64,000 nt of DNA, taken from the NCBI GenBank assembly GCA_963828815.1, contig CAWHGD010000002.1, forward strand, positions 158,125-222,124, given 5' to 3'. Shown piece after piece: positions 41,865 to 49,727 of the stretch; the first letter of the stretch is position 1; the number at the start of each line of letters is the position of its first letter. A program made the position numbers and the translations under genes. Below the pieces are notes generated by a model. It saw only the letters and a list, made by a program, of their open reading frames with translations, had not been told where the DNA came from and did no database searches. Source of the stretch: an uncultured Chloroflexia bacterium. Lineage in GTDB: Bacteria > Chloroflexota > Anaerolineae > Anaerolineales > Villigracilaceae.

Positions 41865-41876
41865 CAGAAAATTGTA

Positions 41877-41901
41877 AAGGTGGGTCTGGTCAACCCACCT
41901 T
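41877..41901. terminator. Stem-loop AAGGTGGGT-ctggtca-ACCCACCTT between convergent genes
   Basis: A 9-bp perfect inverted repeat between 41226..41864 (+) and 41943..42407 (-). Confidence 0.55.
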
Positions 41902-41942
41902 GCTCATTTCACACCGGATGATAAAGCATCTTCTTTAACTTA

Positions 41943-42407
41943 TCATGGCTGGAATTTTCCCTCAGTGACCAGCCGCGTGCTGCCATTTCCTTCGTCTTCA
42001 AAGATTTCGTAGACCAGTTCAAGAGGGACCACTTTTCCCAGCATGGCCTGTGCCGGGCAGTATTTTGTTGCTGTCAATTCAATGGCGCGGCGCACAGCCG
42101 CTTCCTCCACGGCATGACCACGCACAATGTAGCGGATGATAGCGTGGGTGAATACCATTGGCATCTCCTGCGCCTGTTCCGCATGAACTCTGACCTCGAA
42201 GGAGGTCACTACTTGTTTTTTCTTCGTCAGGATGGAGATGACATCCATCGCCGTGCAGCCCGCCAGGCTGACCGCCATCAGTTCCAGCGGACGGAAACCA
42301 TCGTTGGCTCCGCCCACGGCGGGGTCTGCACCGAGCGGCACCTCGAAGCCGGTATCCGCCTTGCCTGTGAAACTTAGTCCCTGATGCCAAATTACGCTTG
42401 AGTTCAT
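41943..42407 (-). CDS. OsmC/Ohr-family peroxiredoxin-like protein
   Basis: The likely start is ATG 42407 (MNSSVIWHQGLSFTG...), which overlaps the upstream stop (ATGA). The track ORF extends to 42473. It has the two conserved Cys contexts LAGCTAMD and KYCPAQ. Confidence 0.75.
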   Translation of the reverse strand: MNSSVIWHQGLSFTGKADTGFEVPLGADPAVGGANDGFRPLELMAVSLAGCTAMDVISILTKKKQVVTSFEVRVHAEQAQEMPMVFTHAIIRYIVRGHAVEEAAVRRAIELTATKYCPAQAMLGKVVPLELVYEIFEDEGNGSTRLVTEGKFQP

Positions 42408-42982
42408 TTGTTCTCCTCCAATAACGGGGTTACATATTTTTCCAGCGTCGCCTGGTTTATGGCGCCCGTCCACGCCATGCGCAGCCTCCCCTCCCTGTCG
42501 ATGACATAACTGCTGGGCAGATCCCAGTTCTGAAAGGCGTCCAACGCCGACCCAGATGGATCGAGCCAGATGGTGAGGGTCACTCCATTTTCCCTGACGA
42601 AGGCAGCCACCTGTTCGGCGGATTCTCCCGATTCGATCGCCACCACAAGAAATCCCTCCGCCTGGTGGGCAGCCTGGTAGGCTTCCAATTCGGGGATTTC
42701 ATCCTTGCAGGGAGGGCACCAGGTAGCCCAATTATTAACCAGGATCATGCGCCCGCGCAGGTCGCCCATCGAGACAGCCCTGCCGGCAAGATCTTTCAAC
42801 GCCAGGTCCGGGGTTGAGGAATCGAGCATTACAGGAGCAATAATAGGGCTTGCACCAGCCAGGGCTTTTTGTTGCGCGGCTGCAATCAATGGGATCAATC
42901 CTGCTCCGAGCAGGAAAATCCCGCCGGCGAAAAAAGTGATCAACGCAGTCCTGCGCCGGTCTGGTTTCTTGGATTCAATCAT
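42404..42982 (-). CDS. TlpA/ResA-family membrane-anchored thiol-disulfide oxidoreductase
   Basis: 192-aa ORF with an N-terminal TM anchor and the thioredoxin motif WATWCPPCKDE. Confidence 0.85.
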   Translation of the reverse strand: MIESKKPDRRRTALITFFAGGIFLLGAGLIPLIAAAQQKALAGASPIIAPVMLDSSTPDLALKDLAGRAVSMGDLRGRMILVNNWATWCPPCKDEIPELEAYQAAHQAEGFLVVAIESGESAEQVAAFVRENGVTLTIWLDPSGSALDAFQNWDLPSSYVIDREGRLRMAWTGAINQATLEKYVTPLLEENK

Positions 42983-43103
42983 GGTGTTTTAATATGGATG
43001 GATTTGAGATGGAGGGGAATGAACCTTAATTCTATCCAGTTTCCTGTCGTTCCCTGTAATTGCACCAAACTGGCATCGTGGATGGATTACTCCCGCTGCC
43101 AAA

Positions 43104-43364
43104 TCAATGACGAATATAGTCATCAAGGTTCAGGACTCGGAAAAGGCGTTCCTTGACCATTGCCGGTACTTCGCCTGCTTCAGCAGCGGACTGGTGGTAC
43201 AAAGAGATCGTCTTGCGCAGGGTATCCACCACAAGGTGGCAATTCTGGCATTCAGAGAGATGGTTTTCGATCTCTGCGCACAGTTCCTGCCTTAGGGTGC
43301 CGTCCACATATTCGGACAGGGAACCCAGCAGGGACTGGCAATTGGAGTGTTCATGATCGCTCAT
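43104..43364 (-). CDS. Soluble zinc-binding anti-sigma factor (ZAS, RsrA-like)
   Basis: 86-aa ORF with the H-x3-C-x2-C motif (HLSECQNC) plus upstream Cys (NCQSLL, LCAEIE). It has no TM segment and a 4-nt overlap with the sigma gene. Confidence 0.75.
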   Translation of the reverse strand: MSDHEHSNCQSLLGSLSEYVDGTLRQELCAEIENHLSECQNCHLVVDTLRKTISLYHQSAAEAGEVPAMVKERLFRVLNLDDYIRH

Positions 43365-43966
43365 TCCTGTCTCCTCTCTTTCAGCCGTTCACTATAATAA
43401 TTGCTGAGTTCCTCCCTCAGCCGCAAACGGGCTCGCAGCAAGCGGGTCTTCACATTCGTCTCGCTCAGATCAAGCGCATCCCCGGTTTCTTGTATGGAGA
43501 GACCCTCGATATCACGCAGGATAAAAACGATCCGCAGGTTCTCCGGCAGGTGCTGCACAGCCTGGTCCAGCGCGGCTTTGGATTCAGTTGAGAGAAATTC
43601 ATTTTCCGGCAAACAGCACCAGTCGGTGAATTGGGCCGGGTAAACATCTTCCTGCTCAGATTCCTCCGCACCGACCTCGCTGAGAACCATTTCAGGTCGG
43701 CGTTTGCGGATCAGCATCAAGGCTTCGTTTGCACCGATCCGGTACAGCCAGGTGGACAGGCTGGAGCGCGCTTCGAATTCAGCGATGTGCTGGAACGCTT
43801 TAAGAAATGTGTTCTGAAGAATGTCCTCAGCATCCGCGGGGTTGCCAATCATTTTAAGGGCCAGCCGGTAGATCATCCCGGAGTAACCGTCGACCAATTT
43901 TGAAAATTCATCGCGATTTCCGGACTTCAACGCTTCGATGGATAGTTCAGGTTTGCCATCACTCAT
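43361..43966 (-). CDS. ECF-type sigma-70 family RNA polymerase sigma factor
   Basis: 201-aa ORF with region 2 (IYRLALKMIGNPADAEDILQNTFLKAF, STWLYRIGANEAL) and region 4 (VFILRDIEGLSIQETGDALDLSETNVKTRLLRAR). Confidence 0.9.
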   Translation of the reverse strand: MSDGKPELSIEALKSGNRDEFSKLVDGYSGMIYRLALKMIGNPADAEDILQNTFLKAFQHIAEFEARSSLSTWLYRIGANEALMLIRKRRPEMVLSEVGAEESEQEDVYPAQFTDWCCLPENEFLSTESKAALDQAVQHLPENLRIVFILRDIEGLSIQETGDALDLSETNVKTRLLRARLRLREELSNYYSERLKERRQE

Positions 43967-44113
43967 TAGATGAATTCCTTGCCCGATAGTTGCACCTCCG
44001 AGTATACCTGAATCGATCCATTTTCATGACATAACACACGGACGAATGTCCGGTCTTTTAGGATATTTGCCACTAGATAGGAAAGGCTGCATTGACTAAT
44101 ATCCTATATAATC

Positions 44114-44587
44114 ATGGATCTCGAGAAATACACTCACCTGCTCTTCTTCAAAGGGCTGAGCGCGGCTGAAATCCAGCTGCTCGCCCCGTTCTTCGCACCC
44201 CAAACCTGGGTTGCGGGAACGGTTGTGTTTGAACAGGGAGATTATGCAGATTTTCTGTACCTGGTTGTAACGGGCGAAATCACGATCCGTTATAAACCGG
44301 ATGATGGACCGGCCATGAATTTGACCCATGTGATGCCCGGGGGTATTTTTGGCTGGTCGGCTGCCATGGGTAATCCGGTGTATACTTCGGGAGCGTTATG
44401 CGCATTGGACAGCGAGGTTTTACGCATCCGAGGAGCAGATCTGCGGAAACTTTTCGAGAAGCATCCCGAACTGGGCAAGGTCATACTGGATCGCCTGTCG
44501 GCGATCATCGCAGAACGCCAGCACAGCCAGCAGGGTCGGGTCAATTCCATGCTGGCTAACGGAATGCGCCAGCAGCCAAACAATTGA
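44114..44587 (+). CDS. Stand-alone cyclic-nucleotide-binding-domain protein (no DNA-binding domain)
   Basis: 157-aa ORF with FEQGDYADFLYLVVTGEITIRY and GGIFGWSA motifs. Confidence 0.8.
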   Translation: MDLEKYTHLLFFKGLSAAEIQLLAPFFAPQTWVAGTVVFEQGDYADFLYLVVTGEITIRYKPDDGPAMNLTHVMPGGIFGWSAAMGNPVYTSGALCALDSEVLRIRGADLRKLFEKHPELGKVILDRLSAIIAERQHSQQGRVNSMLANGMRQQPNN

Positions 44588-44598
44588 GGTGCATTGCC

Positions 44599-44847
44599 AT
44601 GTCTGCGACCAGGGTTGACCCGAAAACCGAACTCCAGATGAAGGCGCTGGTGGAACAATTAAGCGCATACATCGAAACCTTCCACGGCGGATCGGCAGAA
44701 TATATCTCGTTTGACGGGAAGATATTGAAAGTGCACCTGGGTGGTTCCTGCCTGGGTTGCCCGTTATCCCCATCGACTTTACACGGCTGGGTGGAGGGAA
44801 CAGTACGTCAATTTTTCCCGGATATCCAAAGCGTGGAATCAGTATAG
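44599..44847 (+). CDS. NifU/Nfu C-terminal-domain Fe-S scaffold-like protein
   Basis: ATG 44599 follows GAGGTG (the track ORF starts at TTG 44584). It has the GGSCLGCPLSPSTL CxxC motif. Confidence 0.75.
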   Translation: MSATRVDPKTELQMKALVEQLSAYIETFHGGSAEYISFDGKILKVHLGGSCLGCPLSPSTLHGWVEGTVRQFFPDIQSVESV

Positions 44848-44873
44848 TTCCATCCCTGGCTCAATTGACAACA

Positions 44874-44900
44874 AACCCCCTGCCCGACTGGCAGGGGGTT
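44874..44900. terminator. 11-bp stem-loop AACCCCCTGCC / GGCAGGGGGTT between convergent genes
   Basis: A perfect inverted repeat followed by CTTTCATCT on the plus strand. It lies between 44599..44847 (+) and 44918..45529 (-). Confidence 0.65.
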
Positions 44901-44917
44901 CTTTCATCTAACTATTA

Positions 44918-45529
44918 TTACTTCGATCTGGCTGCGCTGATAACCAGCACGATGCCTGCGATCATCAGGATCCCGATCCAGGCATACTCCAGGGCACCTA
45001 CAAATGGCGTGCCAAGGAAGAAACCAAGCAGCAGCAACACTGCCGCGGGGATGTAAGCCCATTTCATCCGGGCCAGCAGACCCACCAGCAGGAACGTGAT
45101 CCCAAGGCCAACAAAGAACACGCCGCCAGTATCAATAATATTAAAGGCTTCCGTCAGTGCCGAAGTTAATCCCAGGGTGAGCAGCACGCCGCCAGGGATG
45201 ATGGCCCACCAGTGGGAACGCTGGCGGAAATACACTGCCCAGAAACCCACCCCGATCCCGCCCAGGGTGGCCAGACCGCTCCAGCCGGGGGCATCCATCA
45301 GCAGGGCTGATACAGCCATGCCAGCCAGGGTGAAACCGGGGATGGCAGCCCACCATTTCGAGCGGTCGCTGAAGAACCAGAATAAGAAGAGACCCGCAGC
45401 AATTGCCAGCACTCCCGCCCAAAAATAACTGCCGGCGCCCTTGAGAATCCCTGTCTTGTCCAGCAGCATCAGGATGCCGCCGAGGATCAATGCCGCACCG
45501 ATCAGGATGCGGTAATCGAATCGTTTCAT
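44918..45529 (-). CDS. Membrane protein with three internal repeats (LiaI/LiaF-TM-like)
   Basis: 203-aa ORF. The repeated units are ...RSKWWAAIPGFTLAG..., ...RSHWWAIIPGGVLLTLG... and ...RMKWAYIPAAVLLLLG.... Confidence 0.6.
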   Translation of the reverse strand: MKRFDYRILIGAALILGGILMLLDKTGILKGAGSYFWAGVLAIAAGLFLFWFFSDRSKWWAAIPGFTLAGMAVSALLMDAPGWSGLATLGGIGVGFWAVYFRQRSHWWAIIPGGVLLTLGLTSALTEAFNIIDTGGVFFVGLGITFLLVGLLARMKWAYIPAAVLLLLGFFLGTPFVGALEYAWIGILMIAGIVLVISAARSK

Positions 45530-45540
45530 TTTGCGCTCCT

Positions 45541-46329
45541 CTAGATAATTTCGATCGAACCGACCCCGGCATCGATGGTCATGTCGACCCGGTTGGCTGC
45601 CGTGTCATAGTCGGAGGATTGATACAGGCCGCTGGTGATGCGCGGGAAGCGTGCATCCACATTTACGGAAGCGATCCCGCTCTTGACCTGGATCTTCGCT
45701 GCGACACCTGCGGGGATGTTGACCTTGAGCGACGATGCTCCGGTGTCGATGTCGGCGCGCGTATTCCCGGAACTGGCCGGCAGGGTCAACACGGTGCTGC
45801 TGGCCCCGGTATTGATTTTCAGGTCGATGACCTTCAGATCGCTCAAGTCCAGGATGGATGTGCTCGCGCCGCTATCAATTTTCAGGCTCAAGGGGATCTC
45901 CCGGTTCAGGCGGATGTCCCAATCAAGGCTGTCCCCGGGCCACCAGCCCCAAGCCTGTTGGGATGGGCGCAACCTGACATCCATCCGCCCAGCCTCTACA
46001 AGGCTCTTGATGCTCAACTCATCGCTGACCAGGCCGTTGACAATCTCATTCGGTCCGGCTCCTGAACGCAGGGTAAGCTTGCCAGCCGCATGATCGAGCC
46101 GGATGGATGCGCTCGTCGCTCCTTCAAGCGGGATCGACACCTGTTCGCTAGCGCCTGGTCGGCCCCTGGTAAAGTAACCAACGATGAACCAGATGCCAAA
46201 TGCAATCACCAGGATAGGCCAGAAATATCCGAAAATATCTCCCGCAATCATTCCCATCTGCTTCAGGAGCAGCAGAAGGGCAAGCAGGATCAGTACGCTA
46301 CCCCAAAAAAGACTTCCTCTTTTACGCAT
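45541..46329 (-). CDS. LiaF-like protein: N-terminal TM helices plus C-terminal toastrack (DUF2154/DUF4097-type) domain
   Basis: 262-aa ORF with repeated beta-strand units (IDSGASTSILDL, INTGASSTVLTL, IDTGASSLKVNI, VKSGIASVNVD, IDAGVGSIEI). Confidence 0.65.
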   Translation of the reverse strand: MRKRGSLFWGSVLILLALLLLLKQMGMIAGDIFGYFWPILVIAFGIWFIVGYFTRGRPGASEQVSIPLEGATSASIRLDHAAGKLTLRSGAGPNEIVNGLVSDELSIKSLVEAGRMDVRLRPSQQAWGWWPGDSLDWDIRLNREIPLSLKIDSGASTSILDLSDLKVIDLKINTGASSTVLTLPASSGNTRADIDTGASSLKVNIPAGVAAKIQVKSGIASVNVDARFPRITSGLYQSSDYDTAANRVDMTIDAGVGSIEII

Positions 46330-46341
46330 GGGATCTCCTCT

Positions 46342-46866
46342 CTATTTTCGGCGGATGATCCCGCGCACGATGAGCCAGGTTCCAAATAGGAACAGGAGGG
46401 CGATCGGGACATAAGCGCTAAAGGGACCGAAGATCGTCCAGGCATTAAAGATGGTGGCAAAGATGGTGAAAAGGATGAGGCAGGCCAGCAACAACTTTAG
46501 CCCTTCTTTCAGGCTGGTCATGAAATTGCCACCGATGATGCCGGATAGGATCCTTCCCAAACCGACAAAACCCGGGATGAGCGTCCACAGGTATGACCAT
46601 GATTCCCAGTGACCGGTCGCATCCTGATAGTAAAGGATGCCCCCGATGCCAGCCACGATACAGGCGGGAATGGCCATGTCGGCTTCCCCGACCAGCAGCC
46701 CGATGACCAACAGGATGGCTCCAGCCAGCATGACCCACATGGGCCAGGCAAAGGTCAGGTGCAGCAGGTCAGCCAATCCAGGATTGATCCGGGTGGCGAT
46801 AAGCCAGCCTGCCACCAGGATGAGGATCAACCCCAGGACCAACTGCGTGCGGTTCTTCTTTTCCAT
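46342..46866 (-). CDS. Small polytopic membrane protein (first gene of the toastrack cluster)
   Basis: 174-aa ORF after AAGGAG, with about 5 helices and a C-terminal RGIIRRK. Confidence 0.6.
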   Translation of the reverse strand: MEKKNRTQLVLGLILILVAGWLIATRINPGLADLLHLTFAWPMWVMLAGAILLVIGLLVGEADMAIPACIVAGIGGILYYQDATGHWESWSYLWTLIPGFVGLGRILSGIIGGNFMTSLKEGLKLLLACLILFTIFATIFNAWTIFGPFSAYVPIALLFLFGTWLIVRGIIRRK

Positions 46867-47081
46867 ATGTATTCTCCTTCAAGATAGTGTGTTCTTATTA
46901 TATGTACGCTGATGTCAGCGCAAAGTTACTAAATGATTTCCTGTGTATCATCCACGCAGACCCAAGGTCTACGTGTCTCAATTATATGGTCTTCCTGACC
47001 GGTTGTGCTATCAAATCGCATAGAATTCTCCATCAATACCGGATAAATATAGAAATTGTATACCTGGAAAGCCTCAGCGGG

Positions 47082-48701
47082 TTAATTTTTACGCTGGAAT
47101 GCCAATTTCAGGCACAATAGTCCAAAGAAAATGAGCAAGGAGCCTGAGCAGGGTAGTCCAATCTTCAATGGATTTTCATTTTGTTCGTAAGTGGGGCTTT
47201 TCTCGAGGCGGATATTATCGATCCACAGGCTGCCTGACCTTGGATTATCTGAACCCGCATCCAATCCGAAACCTATCCCTCTCACCTGCCCGCTTTTTTC
47301 AAATTCCGAATTCGCATCAGCCTCCCATTCCACCCGCCGGAAATCCTTCCACATTGCTGTGAATGGTAGAAATCCCTCCTGGTATTCCACCGGGGTTTCC
47401 TTCCGCTGGACATAGGTCTCGAAGACCTCCCCCGTTCCCGAATAGACGATCACATTGAACGGTTGACCGGATTCCAGGGAATGGATATCGAATGCCAGCC
47501 ATTCCCCCTCGCTCCAGTCCTGGGGCGTGTCGAAGAATAGGGTGCAGTTGGCCCAGCCGCCGGGGGCAACGGAAAAATCGATTCGCAGCGAAGCCGACCC
47601 ATTGCTGCCCGTCCCCTGCTCCGCAGTGCAGGTGAGGCTGGTGTCGGTGGTTTCGTCATAAAACACCGCCCAATTGTCCGAACCCGCTTCGAAATCATCG
47701 ATCGACAGGACTGTCTCCGGCGGGAGGGGCACGCCGGCTGGTTCATCAGGAGCAGATTCAGTATTCACCTCCTGAGGAGGCTGGTTATCTCCCGATCCCT
47801 CCACAGGTTGATCCCCTGGGTTTTCCAACTGCCAGCGATGGTAGAAAACGTTGAGCAGCGGGACGAATTCATCGGTGGCTTTGCGGCTGCCTCTCTCGGA
47901 AGGGTGGTCATCTCCGGATGGATACGCCAGGGTGTTGCTGCTGCCATAGGAGTGTTCAATATAACCCTCCTGGTACCGGTGATGGGCATCCCGCGCGGTG
48001 AGGATGTTGTAGAAATCAAAAACAGCCACATTGGCGAGGGTGTAGTCGTTCTCGTCCAACCAATCGTTGGTCAGCCACTGGTTGAAAGCGCGGGCGTTCT
48101 CGGCATAAGTCGAATCGCTCAACGGCGGCGCGGTGATGACCACGAATAATTTTCCGGGCTGGGTGCTGAAATACTGTAGGATCTCGTTGTAAACGTATTT
48201 TGCATGACCTACCGTCAGCCAGCCATCCGCGGAAGGCGGGTCGTCCGGGTTGCCTTCCAGGGCGGAGTTGGGGAAGCAGGATTTGAAGAGTATGATCTGG
48301 TTCTCTCCGCCAGAATCAGCCGCCAGGCGCGAGTAATCAGCATTCTGCCCGCTTTCGTTGAACAGGGCATCCATATAAACTTGTGTCTGGTCGCTGCTGA
48401 ACCACTCCTCCCAGTTGGGAATATCGGTCCGGTCACCGATGGAATCGGGACCCCAGCCGTAGTTGGTATCGCTGACAAAATAATTATTCTCAGCAAGTGC
48501 CTGACCGAGGCCTCCATAATCATCCCGCAGCCAGTTCTCGCCGGTGGAATGATGGATGAAGATAAGTTTTACCGTCTGGTCGGGAGGGCTGGGATCATAC
48601 CCCTGCTGGGCAAAGGCATGGTCGCCCGGAAGGAGGATTGTCACCAGCAGAAAAATGACGGTTGCCAACCTGCGAATTCGGTTCGAAATATGTGACTGCA
48701 T
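47082..48701 (-). CDS. Secreted two-domain protein with C-terminal membrane-anchor/sorting-signal-like tail
   Basis: 539-aa ORF with a signal peptide (RRLATVIFLLVTILLPGDHAFA). The unassigned N-terminal domain contains FIHHSTGENWL and ILFKSCFPNS. A CBM/CIA30-like beta-sandwich follows (SIDDFEAGSDNWAVFYD...SLWIDNIRLE). The tail is GLPCSG + SLLIFFGLLCLKLAF + QRKN. Confidence 0.65.
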   Translation of the reverse strand: MQSHISNRIRRLATVIFLLVTILLPGDHAFAQQGYDPSPPDQTVKLIFIHHSTGENWLRDDYGGLGQALAENNYFVSDTNYGWGPDSIGDRTDIPNWEEWFSSDQTQVYMDALFNESGQNADYSRLAADSGGENQIILFKSCFPNSALEGNPDDPPSADGWLTVGHAKYVYNEILQYFSTQPGKLFVVITAPPLSDSTYAENARAFNQWLTNDWLDENDYTLANVAVFDFYNILTARDAHHRYQEGYIEHSYGSSNTLAYPSGDDHPSERGSRKATDEFVPLLNVFYHRWQLENPGDQPVEGSGDNQPPQEVNTESAPDEPAGVPLPPETVLSIDDFEAGSDNWAVFYDETTDTSLTCTAEQGTGSNGSASLRIDFSVAPGGWANCTLFFDTPQDWSEGEWLAFDIHSLESGQPFNVIVYSGTGEVFETYVQRKETPVEYQEGFLPFTAMWKDFRRVEWEADANSEFEKSGQVRGIGFGLDAGSDNPRSGSLWIDNIRLEKSPTYEQNENPLKIGLPCSGSLLIFFGLLCLKLAFQRKN

Positions 48702-48839
48702 GGATCCTCCAATCCAATTTGATAAGGATTACATACTGCTTGCTTAATGCCGGGCTCGCCACCTGAGGGATTGAGGGCATCAAGTCTTTCGGATGCAATT
48801 ATTCTTATTATAGGGATGTGGGGATGAAAATCAATAGCC

Positions 48840-48861
48840 AAAACCCCGCCTTCTGGCGGGG
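48840..48861 (-). terminator. Rho-independent terminator (CCCCGCC-agaa-GGCGGGG + TTTT on the minus strand)
   Basis: The stem lies at 48844..48850 / 48855..48861. On the minus strand it is followed by TTTTGG (48843..48838). It is about 100 nt downstream of the stop of 48961..49689. Confidence 0.65.
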
Positions 48862-48960
48862 ATTGGTCGAGAGCTTGCATTCTCCTTTTCTTTTTCAAGG
48901 TGGGAGTTCACTCCTTAACAATCTGGCATGTCTCCCATTATCGTGGCAGGATTCGATGAC

Positions 48961-49689
48961 TCAGTTTTTGCTGGATTTAGCCTGCCAATCCCGGATGATG
49001 TACGGCGTATAGAGCAGCAGGCAGGTGACCACTCCGATCAGTTCAAGAAATGGGATGTAGTACGGCCATGGCGGGAGAACATCAAGCAAACTGGCATTGC
49101 CGGGTTTGCCATTGAGCATCATGTAGTTGCTGCCCAGGGCAACATTGACGAAATAGATGCAGACCAGGTAGATATTGGCTACGATCGCCACCCTCAGGAT
49201 CGATTTCCATGTAGGGCGGAAACCCTCCACGGTGGTCATGAAAATTCCCGCAGTGACGAGCAATCCATGGGAAATCAGAGTCTGGAAGATTCGATAGTGC
49301 GGAAAACCGTAGATCCCGGCGTCGGGAGTCAGCAGCGCCTGGATTGCCCCGCCGATGCCCAGAAAGTAGACAAATTCATAGATCCGGTAACTCTTAAACA
49401 CCAGCATGAAGCCTGCCAGCCAGATGAGCACGCTGCACAGGTGCAGCGGCAGCATGGTCCTGACGTTCCAATGACCCCAATAAGCATTCCAGATTTGCCA
49501 GGAAGCCTCGTCCGCCCACAGCACAATTGCCATCGACCAGCGCACCGTGGTGCGTGTCTTTTCAGAGGTTCCGCGAAAGACCAGCAGGCCGACATTCAGC
49601 AGCGCGATGACAAGCAGGGCGACAAGATGCCAGGTTCCGAACAGGATGAAGGGGGCACCGTTGTAATCGAAAGCGAAATATTGTGACAT
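48961..49689 (-). CDS. YwaF/TMEM164-like (TIGR02206-type) integral membrane protein
   Basis: 242-aa polytopic ORF. LPLHLCS and ALLTPD motifs are as I recall them for this family. The overlapping + strand ORF 48928..49686 is hydrophilic low-complexity and was rejected. Confidence 0.5.
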   Translation of the reverse strand: MSQYFAFDYNGAPFILFGTWHLVALLVIALLNVGLLVFRGTSEKTRTTVRWSMAIVLWADEASWQIWNAYWGHWNVRTMLPLHLCSVLIWLAGFMLVFKSYRIYEFVYFLGIGGAIQALLTPDAGIYGFPHYRIFQTLISHGLLVTAGIFMTTVEGFRPTWKSILRVAIVANIYLVCIYFVNVALGSNYMMLNGKPGNASLLDVLPPWPYYIPFLELIGVVTCLLLYTPYIIRDWQAKSSKN

Positions 49690-49727
49690 ACGTGGTTATC
49701 CGACGGCAGGGTAACAGCCAGGCGGGC

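Noticed and set aside
42983-43103. An ECF-type promoter (GGAAC-N16-17-CGT or SigR-like GGAAT-N18-GTT) in front of tlpA-osmC and upstream of the sigma gene (43967..44113).
   Set aside because: GGGAAC and GGAAAC words are present on the minus strand, but no partner -10 element lies at an acceptable spacing. The claim is not supportable from sequence alone.
46887-47120. A 77-aa plus-strand ORF in the gap upstream of the toastrack cluster.
   Set aside because: It is AT-rich promoter-like DNA. The ORF runs into the 3' end of 47082..48701 on the other strand and has no SD or recognisable family.
48928-49686. A 252-aa plus-strand ORF overlapping 48961..49689.
   Set aside because: The minus-strand product is a coherent polytopic membrane protein followed by a good terminator. 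The plus-strand product is hydrophilic low-complexity sequence without start signals.
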